From Nemertoderma westbladi (Eukaryota > Animalia > Xenacoelomorpha), in NCBI GenBank assembly GCA_032718475.1, contig JAUCBJ010006452.1:1-64000 (forward strand): 64,000 bases of DNA. The letters run 5' to 3'. How positions within the stretch are numbered: the stretch's first letter is position 1; each line of letters starts with the position of its first letter. Shown piece by piece: positions 24,720 to 36,693 of this stretch. Below the pieces are notes generated by a model that did not search any database, was not told the DNA's origin, and saw nothing but the letters and a program-made list of their open reading frames with translations. The translations under genes and the position numbers were made by a program.

Positions 24720-26351
24720 ATCTGCTATACGAGTTCACCAATATTATAATGAGTTTATATATTGTTAGGCGAGCGGGCGTCGCTGCCTATTTCTCCCGTG
24801 CCCCCAGACAGTAAGAGATTCTCAGCGCCGATGTACCGCTGTAGCTGTACTTTCGCCAACGACGTAGCTGTACAACGACAACGATAACCGGCACAAGTCA
24901 CTCCACTGTCCGTCCCAAAGGCTTAGATGTACTTCAGGTTTTCCTTGGAGAGTTAGGTTACTTTCACGATTGCGACTAGCTACTGTAAACACACTTTAGC
25001 AGTAACATTCACCTATAAACTCACAAATACCACACAACTTGTCACAACTACACACATTCGGGCCATTTGTCCGTTAGTCAATGCCTTCCAGAATGTCACT
25101 GTATTGTTATGTTTCCTTGGATACTAGCAGTGCACTATTTATTCCCTATGCTATTCAATGGGACAAGCTTTCTATTGTTCTTTTAACTCAATTCTAATTC
25201 TAGCGTGGTTTTTGCTATGTGACATTATGTAAAGCTAGCGGTAGAATTAGGGTAATTCCAATGCATACAGATCTGGGATGTTATTTAATAGTAATTCTTT
25301 AATAGTCAATGTCCTGTTTTATACATGACTTTATGAATTTTATCGGCTATTGACTATGTTTGGGAGACTTTCATACACGCATACGCATAATAATATAAAT
25401 CTCCGCTCCCTTGATCTATTAATTAATGGAATTTTGGGAATGTTATAAATTGCGTAAAATGGCAATTTATTAAATTCATTAAAAGACATGAATTTAAATT
25501 TATTCCCTGAAATTTTATTATTTGATAATTAAATTGACATATTTTGATTCCAGAACATCCTTAATTCTATGGAAATTGTCCTTTTAAGAATATCGGTAAA
25601 TGCGACGATATCTTAATTGACTAGAATTGTTGAAGGATCTGAATTTTACAGATTTTGACTTATTAGATTTGCAAATATTAAATAATTAATATTTGAGATG
25701 GGCACCGATTTATTCCAGAACTTGTCTGGGGACGTTAACCACTGATTCTATAATTTGTCTTTCAAGTATATCGGTGGGTGCCACGATATCTTAATCGACT
25801 AGAATTACAGATGGTCAAAGGGTTTAACAGATTTATTTTGCGTTATACGCTACTGTTAAAGGGACATCACGCTACTATATGTATTATTTAATATACGGTA
25901 TGAGAGCAATATCGCACGAAGCAATGTCAGTGTGAAGAGGCAAGTCGTTTCCAAGGTCTACCCAGAGCTTGGTTTAGCCGAGACACGAGGATCTGAACTT
26001 TGCATTCCTAATACTCTGCCTACCAATAATACTTAAATATAGTAGTGGCTTTATTGTACTTTAATAAGTACGGACATTTCATCTTACTGTAGTTACGTAT
26101 TTATAATATAATACGGACAGTAAGGAAGAGAAAAAATAATTATTTCTTCGCCGTCTCACTAAATATAATATAAGTAATTACGTACGTAATAAACACGAAT
26201 ATATTGCACTATTCTACTAAATAATCGCTAAATAATATTCTACTAAATTAAATAAAACGATTATAATAAAATTACATAGTAATACATACATAAAATATAA
26301 AATAATAAAATAATATAAAATAATAGAGTCACACGCCCACTCCGAACGATA

Positions 26352-29300
26352 TTAAGTTGGGGAGCCCCTAGATGTCGGTTGAATTAGGGAAGTGGTCGTG
26401 GGAAGAGTTTCTTGCCTTCCATAGTTTCCGGAGAGCTCTCTGTCTCTTTCCAGTAAACATAAACGACCCACTGGGCGGTTGAGCTGTTGAGTCTCAAAGA
26501 CTATCCCTGGTTTCTTAAAGTTACGACGCATGACGACGAGTTCTACTGATCGCACTAAGCCATCGCTCGAGATATAAGTCTCGATGATTCGTCCTGTTTG
26601 CCATCGCTTACGTGGGAGATCGGGGTCCACAATAAGCACCATGTCTCCAGTGCTGACGTTTTCTTGCTGCGCAAACCACTTAGTTCGAAGTTGTAGAGTG
26701 GGCAGGTAATGTTTCTCGAAATGGTCAGCGAAATGACGGGATAGCAACTGCATAAGTTGCCAGGTTCGACGGCAGTACTCGTCTCCGTCGGTGATCTCCG
26801 ATTGTGGGAGCATGGCTACGGGCTTCTTCAGCAGAAAGTGCGCGGGTGTTAGCGCTTCCAGGGAATCAGGATTTGAAGAGACTGGCATAAGCGGTCTTTC
26901 GTTGAGATAGGCGGCGATTTCCTCCATTAACGTCCGCAATAATTCGTCGGTGAGATAAGCGCGACAAGGCACAACAAAGTGGAACGCAGTCTTCACGCTC
27001 CTAATCAATCTCTCCCAACTTCCTCCCCACCAAGGGGCGTCGGCGGCATTGAAGGTCCAGCTAGACGCTGTTATCTTTAGCTGATTGTCCACCTGTCTTC
27101 CGTTCCAGTCCTTTATGTAAGCTTGAATTTCGTTGTTGGCGCCAATGAAGTTCGTTCCCTTATCCGATCTCATCGTGTTACTGGTTCCGAAGCGAGCGAT
27201 CTGTCGTCGTAAACTCAACACGAAGCTGTTGGTGGATAGATCGTTTACCATATCGAGATGGATAGCTCTACAAGTCATACAAACGAAGATGACACACCAT
27301 CTTTTGACTATAGTCCAGGCACGATATACTTCAATAGGGCCAAATAAATCCACACCGGTATTAGTAAAGGGTGGTTCATAGAAGCTTACTCTTTCCCTAG
27401 GTAATTCTGCCTCTCGCTGTGTTAAAGGCCTACTGAATGCTTTCCTACAGGGTATGCAGTTCCTAAGAACTTGGTTCAGAGCCCTACGGGGTTTATAAAA
27501 ATAGTAGCGAGTTCGAATTTCGCTCAGAACTCTTTCTCTACCAGCATGGTACAGTTTGCTATGAACATCTACAATTATCTTGATTTGTATGTCAAGATTT
27601 CTAATGAGGATGGGAAACTTAGTGTCAAAGGATAATGGGGCGTTAGTTAGCCTACCTCCAACACGTATTAATCCATCTATCATGGTACTAGAGAAGCGAT
27701 CCCTTAAGCGCATCTGCGGATTTCTTAACAACAGGAAATACTTATCGGAATCCTTATAGCATTGTAGGAGTCTTAGCATCTGTTTGTTGGTTTCATCATG
27801 CTCCTGGTAACTGATCTTCTCCGTTAGAAACCTGTCGGTTATCTTGTACTTTGGAAGATCTTTAACAGCATGTACTCGTGCAGATGTTGATGGAGCATCA
27901 TCACTATTGGTCTTTGTCCCGGAGTAACGATGATGAAAACATCGTTTCAAATAAGTAACAGCTTTACAAAGCCGATTCCAGGAACTGTAGTGACGTATCG
28001 CTCTCTGCAAGAGAGGTGAGAGTCCTTGCGAGATATCTGGTATTCCAGATTTCCAATCCTTGTCACGGATTTCCAAGATTTCTTTGGTCGTAGCAGTGGG
28101 TTTCTGATCCAAAGCATCCTCTCCGGAAGTAAATAATACAGATAGATCAACCGCAGGTTTAAACAACTTCGATTTACTCGCTCGAGTTTTGGGTTTAACT
28201 TTCTCCGCTCCCTTGGCCTGTCTGATCTCTGCTGTTGTGAGATGGGGAGGCCATTCCTCTTCTTCTCGGTAGAGAAAGTCAGGTCCTCCTAACCATTCGG
28301 GAGTATTTACCAATTCCTTTGGAGTTGCTCCTCGGGAAGCGATATCCGCTGGATTAATCGTTCCGGGGCAATGTCTCCATTGATCCATCGTCGTGCGACT
28401 AAGTATGATGGCTACTCTGTTGGTAACGAAGACGCTGAACTGACAGACTTCATTGGTTATATACTCTAACACGAGTAAAGCGTCGGTCCAATAGACAGTT
28501 TTCTCTAAGGGATAGTCAATCTGTTCTGTTACATTCCGGCCGATGGCTGTAGCGTATAGAGCCGCCTTTAACTCCGCTCGAGGAACTTTCAACTTGTTGT
28601 TGATTAATGCCTTAGAAGTAACCAAGGCGACTTTGATTCCATCCGGAGTTTCCACTCTTAGATAGGCTACTATACCTATTCCCATATCGCTGGCGTCTCC
28701 AAACACATGGAGTTGATAGGAATACGTAGGGAGAACATGACCAAAATATGAACGGGAAATTATAAAATCCTCGATAGCAGGTAGGGAATCTTCCCATTTC
28801 ATCCACTTCTTCAATAATTCTCCCTTAAGTGGATCGTCCCATGAGTGGTTTTCAAGCCACATTTGTTGTACCAAACTACGAGCAATCAATATAACTGGGC
28901 TAATAAATCCCAATGGATCGAAATAAGTGCTCAGTATACTTAAGCAAATCCGTTTGGTTCGAACGGGATTATCTCGCTGTTTTAGTTGGAAAAACAGGAT
29001 ATCTCTCTCTGTGTCCCATTTCAAGCCGAGTGTCTTGGTTTCTGGCAGATCATCTTTGATCAAATCGAGATCTTTCGCTCCTCGATCTTCCGCAGGGATC
29101 GACTCCAGAAACTCACGGGAGTTGCTGGTGAATTTCGTTAATCTAAACCCACCTCTTTTTAAGCACTCTACCGTTCCTTTTGCGACCTCAATGGCTTCTT
29201 CAACTGATGGAAGGGACTTCAGATTGTCGTCCATGTATATGTCTCGCTTGATGTTGTCGATCACTTCCTTAGAGAAGGCCTCTCGGTTGTCTTCTGCAGT

Positions 29301-32300
29301 GGCACGCACTACTGAACAGGCGTTGGAAGGGCTTGAGATTATCCCAAAGGCCTGGATGGTCATCCAGTACTCCACCGGTTGCTGGTTGAGGTCTCCTTCG
29401 GGCCACCATAGAAATCGTAGGCTATCTCGATCCTTATCCAACACTTTGACTTGCAAGAACATGCCTTCTATATCGGAGGCGAAAGCAATCGAATATTGTC
29501 TCAATCTTAAAAGAATTCCCAACAAAGATTGAAGTAAGTTGGGTCCGGGTAACAATTCAGAGTTAAGGGATTGACCCATGTAAAGAGCGGAGCCATCAAA
29601 CACTACTCTCACTTCGTTTGGTTTACCGGGTTTAGGAACGTAATGGTGAGTTAAGTAATACGTTCTTTCAGTCACAGGTGTTTCTTCCGGTACCCTCTCC
29701 GCGTATCCCTTATTAATAAATTTTTCCAGCTGTGTTTGATACATTGCTTTAGCTGAAGAATTAGCCGTAAGGCGTCGATGGAGTTGCGCGATTCTTTTTT
29801 CCGCCAAAGGTCTATTATTGATGAACTTCGGTTCTCTCTTGCGGAAAGGTAAACCAACTTCATACCTACCTTGATCTTTGAGGAAACGTGTAGTTGTCTC
29901 TTGGATCTGCTTGGCCCTTTCCTCTTCCACCGATAATGCTTTATCGTAGGAATTGGGCTCTACCGCCTCTTGCGTAAAGAATCGGACAGCATGTTCATCT
30001 CGAGTCTTGGCATTATGACGCTCAATGACGTCATTTAACTCGTCGTTATAAGCTTCTTGTTCAGATGGATAAAGAAGTTGACATAAGTTCACTTGGTTTT
30101 GCCAAGCCTCGTTTTCCTTAAGGAGATCGATGATATTCTCCTCATCAAAAAGCTGGTGAATGTCGTCGTTATCTGAGGAGTATGGAGTTCCCTCAGTTAA
30201 ATCGTCTCCTTCACTAGTATCATCTTCCCATTCACTCACCTGGCAGACTCGCTCTTGCGGTAATCTTTCTCTGAGTGTTCTACGGGAAGGGCCAGTAAAG
30301 TACCAACCTACTCTAGTTCTTACCGCATAGGTCTGTAGTGGCTGCGGTTGAGCAGGCCGTTTCTCTAATGTCTCCAGCGCCTCATGCGCGTTTTGGCCGA
30401 TGAGTATTTGCACTCCAGGATAATCAGTCGGGAATCGAGGTATGTTAAGATGTTGGATGCTCTCATCCTCATCCCAATTATAAAGGTCTGCTTGAGTAGT
30501 AGCGAAGTTCTTTATAGCCACCATTTTCACTGACCTTATGCTATGTTCTCCTAGTTCGTCCTGGGGGGTGGACAACGCTCCTAAATAATAATCTGCTGTT
30601 ATTGTAGATTTCCAAACTTGCATGATTCCGGACATGTTTAGCTTGGTTCGGAACTTGGGTTGTCCATTGAATATGTCTTCGGCTAGTTCTTTATCAATGA
30701 ATGTTCCTGTGCTGCCGGAATCCAGGAGGGCGTTCACCACACAACTCCGTTCAGGCCCGTGTACCCTTACCTGCACCACAGGAAACTCTCGGATCCCTAC
30801 ATTGGAAGATGGCTCTTTCCAAGATGGTTGTCTTTCAGAAGTAGTTAGGGTTAGGTCGCTGTCTGTGTCTTTTTCATATGTGAGTGCTCGATACACTGCG
30901 GTATTTATCATGTAACAGGATTCGTTTTCGTCGGAGAACTCATCCGTGTAGAATCCTTCCATCTCAGATTGATCAGTGTCGTTCACATCACTGAATTGGA
31001 CATGTAGTTCGGAATCACTTACCTGATTCGGACTATTTCGCTCGAATTCAGCGTGCAACAAGATATGATGTTTCGCACCACACTTTGCACACCTTAGGTC
31101 AGAAAAACAGGTTCGCCGTTGGTGTCCTTGTCTGAGGCAATTATAACATAACCGCTTATCCCACATAACTTCACGTCTCTCAGTTAATGATTTCTTTAGA
31201 AATTCATCACACATATTCAAACGGTGGGTCCCGTCGCATAGCGCACATTTCGGTTTGATGTTACTTACCTTATTCTGAGTCACATTGTGTACACTCGCCT
31301 TTTCTTCGGGCTTTCTCACCTGAATTCTCTTGGGAGACGTAGGAGGAGTTTTTCTTACCTGTTCTCTCCTGTCATTTGTTCGAGACTTAAATTTACTCAC
31401 CTGATCTTTAGGCATTTTATTCACGTAATAAGATCTCTCAGTGTCCTTCCCGCTATCTTCTCCCTGAGAAGTCGGGCTTTCGCCGTCGTCTGTATAACAC
31501 ACTGGTGTTATCTTTCTCCTAGAGACGGGTTTTTCACTTACCTTGTTTTCCGGTGTCTTCTCTCTGGATTGCTTGAGGAGTTGCAATTTCACTTCTCCAT
31601 CCAGGAATGACATGAGATCAGCCATGGTAGGGTCTCGTCGCTGTTGTTCCATCATATATAGTACTTTCTTATCCCAGCGTGTGCCTACCCCACCTTTCGG
31701 TAAAGTAGAAGCCACAGCTCCAATGACCATAGAACTTTGGTATTCATGAGACTTACCTAACCAATCTAATTGTCTACAGATCTCTTGAATCTCATCGGAA
31801 AACTCTATTATCCCACTGCTGATGAACTTTCTGGGCGCTACTAATTTTGCATATAAATACTTGGCGATATTATTCCTATTACCATACCTGATGTTTAGTG
31901 TATCCCAAACTTGTCTTAATCCGTCTGGATGTCCAATAAACTTTAACGCCATTAATTTGGGAGATCCTTCCAAGCACTCGATGAGGAATCTAAGTTTCTC
32001 TCCATTATATAGGACAGAGTTCTGTATGTTATCTTTGTAATATTCATTAAAAGGTAACCATTTCATCTCATCTCCATTGAACTTGACGATCTCTCCCACC
32101 TTCACCGCTTGCCGGGCTTCGGTTCTAGCCATTTGACGCGTAAAACTTTCTTGGGCCATCGTGTTATTTAATATCGAGCTATCGGTATATAAATTTCTCG
32201 GATTATGATCAGTTCTATATGGGATATCATTATCAACAGGTCTATAATTACCCTTAATAGGGTTCACTATAGGAGTTTCTACTTCGCTAGCAGTATAAAT

Positions 32301-34427
32301 GCGTGTAGGCTCCACACCTTGCGCATGTGATACTTCAGACCTAACAGGTTGACATATTGTTACAAGGGGTGGTGGTATACCCCTTTGAATGTTCACTAAT
32401 TTATCGCGCTCTAGCGCGATACTTTGCTGCACTTCTTGCAACTCTAGTCTACTTTCCCTTACTGTGCCCTTAAATTGTTGAACAGTCTCCTGCATCTGCC
32501 CGAGCAGGAGATCCACCCCCCGCCGTCTCTCGTCCACCCATTCGACCGCCGAAGCGGGAGTCGCCAACGTTGTAGCGGGCGGACGAGGGACAACGGGCCA
32601 CAAATTATGAATGTTTCGCTCGGGGTCCAGGACCTGAACTGTCTCCTGGGCAGTTCTACGGGGCACAGGTAGCTTAGTGCTATGCAGAGGGAATTTAGAG
32701 GTAACTTCAGGGAGTACAGGTGTGTCTATCACCGAAGGGGTGATTTCGAGAACAGGCCTAATTATTTCAGGCTCATCTACTATAGTAGGGAGTCTTTCTA
32801 TTTTAATTATTTGGTCTGTGGGCTCTGTACTACCTAAATTGTTGTTATTTAGTTGCCTTCTAACAGCTGGAGGCAAATCAGGCAATTTCTGACGGTGGAA
32901 TGTTCTTTTACGTCTACTTAGACGAGATCTATTTCCCTTGCCTTTAGTATCAGTGGTATCGCCTTCCTCAGATGATGTATAACCCTGTCTTTTGGGAGTA
33001 GATCGACTCATCATCTGCATATTACTAGCTGTTAACTGTTTATTTATGCAGTCTTGATTCTCTTGAAGATTTTCCAACTCCAGTTGGGTGATCTCTTCCG
33101 CTGCTCTCCGTTCTGCTTCCGCCACCGCTGCCGCTTTTGCCTCTGCCGCTGCCGCCTTTGCCTTTACCTCGGCTTCTGCTGCTGCCGCTTTTGCCTCTGC
33201 CACGGCTTCTGCCAAGGTCGCTTTTCTTTCTGCCTCTGCCACGGCTGCTATCTTTCTGTCTTCTATACGTTTTTTCCTTACTTGTTCTTCCTTTTCTCTA
33301 GCGATGCGGAGTTGTTCATCGAATTTAGCTTGATTCGCCGCTAACCTATCTACATCTATTGCATCCAACACACGCTGGGCTCCTTCACTATTAGGGCTAA
33401 GTCCATCTAGCCTTCTCCTCAACTCTTCATCTCCCAAAAAACGCTGATAGTCGTCAATATAGATGTCAATGGCATCCCTCTTATGCGGTTTCTCTGCCGT
33501 CGCTTCACTTTCCGCTTGGAAAAAAGTAGCGTCCGTTGATTCTCCATGGGTTGAGCGCTCCTCCAACTGAGCTTTCCACTGAGCTGCTCCTTGAACCTGG
33601 CGATTCACTCGTTGAAACCAAGTCTTTACGGCAACTTGCAACGACGTGTCTTGTCTTCTTTTAGAAGCCTCTTCAAAGGCTGATAAGATTAGCCTAATTT
33701 GCAGAACTCTTTCTCTAACTTGATAAAGCAGCTGTCCCTGCTCTTGAGGTCCTTGAGGTTGTTGTAACAGTTGTTTTTCTACTCGCTCCATAGAGCTGAA
33801 GAATCCTTGTGCGTATCCGGCTGCAGACCTCTTCCATACAGCTGGATCGATGGTTTCCTTGGCTACTCCCATCCGGTGTATGTCTTCCCAGGCAGCTTCT
33901 GATAAATTAAACGGGAGTCCGGGTCCGGGGAAGTTCCATTGCAACTCGACAATAGACTTCAGTTCTTCCCTCGTGTATCCCGCATAACTATCTCTAGTTG
34001 ATCGTTGACTTCTCGCCCAATCGATCTGGTGTTCTTCCACCGCGATCAATAACCTAGTGAGCACGGCTGCAGGAAGGATGAGAAGGGGATCCGAATAAAC
34101 CGCATCCGTTATCTCTGCTCCGCACTCGGGTTTCAGCTCTACAGTATCCTCACTACTGGAGCTGTTGGGCCGCTGAGAAATAAGTTCCCGGCTCGCGGGT
34201 TTTCGCTGTTCCGCTGCTTCTTGGTCCCGCTTGACCTGAGCTCGAGTGCCTATGATAGACCTACGATGTTGGACTAGCCTAGGTTCGGTTATTACTACTG
34301 GAGGGATGACCTTCCTCACAGTGGGAGGTGAACTGGACTTACGACCAGACGGTTCTACATCTCTATCTGAGTCGCAGATCGTTACATCTAATAAACTGTC
34401 TGACAGGTTCTGCTTAGTATCAGACAT
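26352..34427 (-). CDS. gag-pol: BEL/Pao Gag-Pol polyprotein, intact (2691 aa)
   Basis: KFNGDEMKW gag core, triple BEL knuckle (CALC..H..C, CYNC..GH..C, CAKC..HH..LH), PR LLDSGS, RT YMDD, RNase H HVFGDAS/WTDA/NPAD, integrase GVDLFGP/SDKG/WERLI, in PR-RT-RH-IN order. Confidence 0.98.
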   Translation of the reverse strand: MSDTKQNLSDSLLDVTICDSDRDVEPSGRKSSSPPTVRKVIPPVVITEPRLVQHRRSIIGTRAQVKRDQEAAEQRKPASRELISQRPNSSSSEDTVELKPECGAEITDAVYSDPLLILPAAVLTRLLIAVEEHQIDWARSQRSTRDSYAGYTREELKSIVELQWNFPGPGLPFNLSEAAWEDIHRMGVAKETIDPAVWKRSAAGYAQGFFSSMERVEKQLLQQPQGPQEQGQLLYQVRERVLQIRLILSAFEEASKRRQDTSLQVAVKTWFQRVNRQVQGAAQWKAQLEERSTHGESTDATFFQAESEATAEKPHKRDAIDIYIDDYQRFLGDEELRRRLDGLSPNSEGAQRVLDAIDVDRLAANQAKFDEQLRIAREKEEQVRKKRIEDRKIAAVAEAERKATLAEAVAEAKAAAAEAEVKAKAAAAEAKAAAVAEAERRAAEEITQLELENLQENQDCINKQLTASNMQMMSRSTPKRQGYTSSEEGDTTDTKGKGNRSRLSRRKRTFHRQKLPDLPPAVRRQLNNNNLGSTEPTDQIIKIERLPTIVDEPEIIRPVLEITPSVIDTPVLPEVTSKFPLHSTKLPVPRRTAQETVQVLDPERNIHNLWPVVPRPPATTLATPASAVEWVDERRRGVDLLLGQMQETVQQFKGTVRESRLELQEVQQSIALERDKLVNIQRGIPPPLVTICQPVRSEVSHAQGVEPTRIYTASEVETPIVNPIKGNYRPVDNDIPYRTDHNPRNLYTDSSILNNTMAQESFTRQMARTEARQAVKVGEIVKFNGDEMKWLPFNEYYKDNIQNSVLYNGEKLRFLIECLEGSPKLMALKFIGHPDGLRQVWDTLNIRYGNRNNIAKYLYAKLVAPRKFISSGIIEFSDEIQEICRQLDWLGKSHEYQSSMVIGAVASTLPKGGVGTRWDKKVLYMMEQQRRDPTMADLMSFLDGEVKLQLLKQSREKTPENKVSEKPVSRRKITPVCYTDDGESPTSQGEDSGKDTERSYYVNKMPKDQVSKFKSRTNDRREQVRKTPPTSPKRIQVRKPEEKASVHNVTQNKVSNIKPKCALCDGTHRLNMCDEFLKKSLTERREVMWDKRLCYNCLRQGHQRRTCFSDLRCAKCGAKHHILLHAEFERNSPNQVSDSELHVQFSDVNDTDQSEMEGFYTDEFSDENESCYMINTAVYRALTYEKDTDSDLTLTTSERQPSWKEPSSNVGIREFPVVQVRVHGPERSCVVNALLDSGSTGTFIDKELAEDIFNGQPKFRTKLNMSGIMQVWKSTITADYYLGALSTPQDELGEHSIRSVKMVAIKNFATTQADLYNWDEDESIQHLNIPRFPTDYPGVQILIGQNAHEALETLEKRPAQPQPLQTYAVRTRVGWYFTGPSRRTLRERLPQERVCQVSEWEDDTSEGDDLTEGTPYSSDNDDIHQLFDEENIIDLLKENEAWQNQVNLCQLLYPSEQEAYNDELNDVIERHNAKTRDEHAVRFFTQEAVEPNSYDKALSVEEERAKQIQETTTRFLKDQGRYEVGLPFRKREPKFINNRPLAEKRIAQLHRRLTANSSAKAMYQTQLEKFINKGYAERVPEETPVTERTYYLTHHYVPKPGKPNEVRVVFDGSALYMGQSLNSELLPGPNLLQSLLGILLRLRQYSIAFASDIEGMFLQVKVLDKDRDSLRFLWWPEGDLNQQPVEYWMTIQAFGIISSPSNACSVVRATAEDNREAFSKEVIDNIKRDIYMDDNLKSLPSVEEAIEVAKGTVECLKRGGFRLTKFTSNSREFLESIPAEDRGAKDLDLIKDDLPETKTLGLKWDTERDILFFQLKQRDNPVRTKRICLSILSTYFDPLGFISPVILIARSLVQQMWLENHSWDDPLKGELLKKWMKWEDSLPAIEDFIISRSYFGHVLPTYSYQLHVFGDASDMGIGIVAYLRVETPDGIKVALVTSKALINNKLKVPRAELKAALYATAIGRNVTEQIDYPLEKTVYWTDALLVLEYITNEVCQFSVFVTNRVAIILSRTTMDQWRHCPGTINPADIASRGATPKELVNTPEWLGGPDFLYREEEEWPPHLTTAEIRQAKGAEKVKPKTRASKSKLFKPAVDLSVLFTSGEDALDQKPTATTKEILEIRDKDWKSGIPDISQGLSPLLQRAIRHYSSWNRLCKAVTYLKRCFHHRYSGTKTNSDDAPSTSARVHAVKDLPKYKITDRFLTEKISYQEHDETNKQMLRLLQCYKDSDKYFLLLRNPQMRLRDRFSSTMIDGLIRVGGRLTNAPLSFDTKFPILIRNLDIQIKIIVDVHSKLYHAGRERVLSEIRTRYYFYKPRRALNQVLRNCIPCRKAFSRPLTQREAELPRERVSFYEPPFTNTGVDLFGPIEVYRAWTIVKRWCVIFVCMTCRAIHLDMVNDLSTNSFVLSLRRQIARFGTSNTMRSDKGTNFIGANNEIQAYIKDWNGRQVDNQLKITASSWTFNAADAPWWGGSWERLIRSVKTAFHFVVPCRAYLTDELLRTLMEEIAAYLNERPLMPVSSNPDSLEALTPAHFLLKKPVAMLPQSEITDGDEYCRRTWQLMQLLSRHFADHFEKHYLPTLQLRTKWFAQQENVSTGDMVLIVDPDLPRKRWQTGRIIETYISSDGLVRSVELVVMRRNFKKPGIVFETQQLNRPVGRLCLLERDRELSGNYGRQETLPTTTSLIQPTSRGSPT

Positions 34428-35789
34428 GTTCGTGTGTACAGTTGAATGCCTACTGCTATATTACAGTCTGAGCAAGTCTAGTAATTCAGTATTAACTGCT
34501 AGCCTAGTAATTAATTACCGATACTGCTACTCAGTGCAGCGTGATATATATATAATATATTAGAATACCGGTATACTTATAGTATATATAACTATATAAG
34601 TATTATTACAGATACAGACTAGGTTTATCTCAGAATACCGGTATAATTTTAGCACAAATATATGAATATATAATAGGCCTATCGGTAATACCGGTATACA
34701 GCTTACAGTTTGTAGTATATATAATTCTGGACTAGAATTAAGTACAAGTACCGGTATAATTTCAGCCTAAATTTATAGAAATAAAGATAATAGGCCTATC
34801 GTAAATACCGGTATATCAATTATTTTAAATAATTGAATTTCTGTACTTTAGGGTTACTTGGTTACTCTACTTACTTTATTACCGTTATTTGAGCAGTAGT
34901 CCAACTGATATTGAGACCTAATGGTTGTATGGTAGGCCTACTATTTATAAATCGTTAGATTTGATTTACAATATATATATATACCCGTTTTAATGGGTTT
35001 TGTCAATGTTTGAAATAAATGTTATTATTTCTGGGGAGTAATCACTACACAAAGCGGTGCGCTTTCAGTGAAGTGTTACTTATAGGACACTAAAACAAAT
35101 AATACTAATTTACCTAAGTTACTTAATACTACAAATTACGTACGATTCGGTGGTGATTACAATCTCTAAATAAACACAAAATTTTACAAAAAACACGAAA
35201 CACGAATTTTCAGGGTAATTTTATAAGAAGTCTACAAACCAGCCTAACAAAGGGTTAGAATCTGGTTACTACAACGGACAGGGTACTACGGTATTTGAAA
35301 ATAATAAGTAGTAGTAAATACACTGCGTTGTCCAGATAGGAAAATACCACCGCCTGACGACCTATGGCCGTATCGCTATAGGTACTACGTTATGTATCAC
35401 GGAGTGTTCCTACCGAGAAGTTAATAGAGCTAATCGAATGTGCCTATCAACCACTTTACAACTCAAATATAATGCCTACAACAATTACTTTCGGAAAGCA
35501 CTGTACACTAAACCCTAAATTAGGTACGAGTACTTGTACAACAGATAATCAGTAGTTAAATATACTTGAACAGCTAAAAGAACCACGGCATCTGCTGGAG
35601 TAACCGATGCACAAAATCACCAGTCTTTACCTACGCCAAGCAGCCCGTGTAGTACCGGGGTTAATTTAACTATAACGGTATGTATAACAAACACAATTAC
35701 TGTAGGAACAAACTTTGGGAATATGAATGTTGCGAATAATCGCATAAACTCTGAATAATAAATATTACGCTACGCGTACAAACTACTCA

Positions 35790-36330
35790 AACAAAATGCA
35801 GACCAAATACCGACAGACTACTATCAAGCCTAAACAAACTATGGTATATGCAGACTCCGAAATGATTAGGTAGTATGCGTTCTAACCCAGTAGTACGACT
35901 TATTCTTTAATTGGGGGTTTACCTTACAGCATTGGCTGCCCCTACTTCCTAACCGTACTTAATCGGACAGGTGCTCTACACACACTACAATCCATTCAGA
36001 CCTAACAACAGCCAGACAACTATCCAGCCTACAAATTATCTAATAAATATTATACGCTACCTGTACAGACTTACACAAACAAAGTACAGACTAAACGATG
36101 GCAGACGACTCTCAAGCCTAAATAAACTACAGGACATGCAGACTCCGAAATGATTAGGTAGTATGCGTTCTAACCCAGTAGTACGACTTATTCTTTAGCT
36201 GGGGGTTTACCTTACAGCATTTGCTGCCCCTACTTCCTAACCGTACTTAATCGAACAGGTGCTCTACACGCACTGTAATCCATTCAGACCTAACAGCAAT
36301 CAGACAACAGCTCAGCCTACAAATTGTCTG
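35790..36330. repeat. ~290-bp tandem duplication in the 2.3-kb 5' leader of B1
   Basis: GCAGACTCCGAAATGATTAGGTAGTATGCGTTCTAACCC... at ~35850 and ~36138. Confidence 0.88.
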
Positions 36331-36693
36331 TACAATCTGATCAGGTTTACACGCCTTCTGTTCAATACTGGCCTACTAACAAATAAAACTGACAGAAATA
36401 AGTAAGCTCCAAAAGAAACAAGGGGTGTACAGTCCCTAATCTCTTAAACAGCCTACCGGTATACAACAATCAAGTCGAATAATACTAATGTACTTATACG
36501 GAAGTACCGGTTAGGACAGTTGGGCCTACGGACCTACAGAAGTACCGGTTCTGGAAGTTGGACCTACGGGCCTACGGCAGTACCGGTTCTGGCAGTTGGG
36601 CCTACTGACCTACTGAAGTACCGTTCAGGTTTACCGGTTGACCGGTACTTTCAACTTTATTGCTTACTGCAATAAAGAAGCTATATCCTTTAA

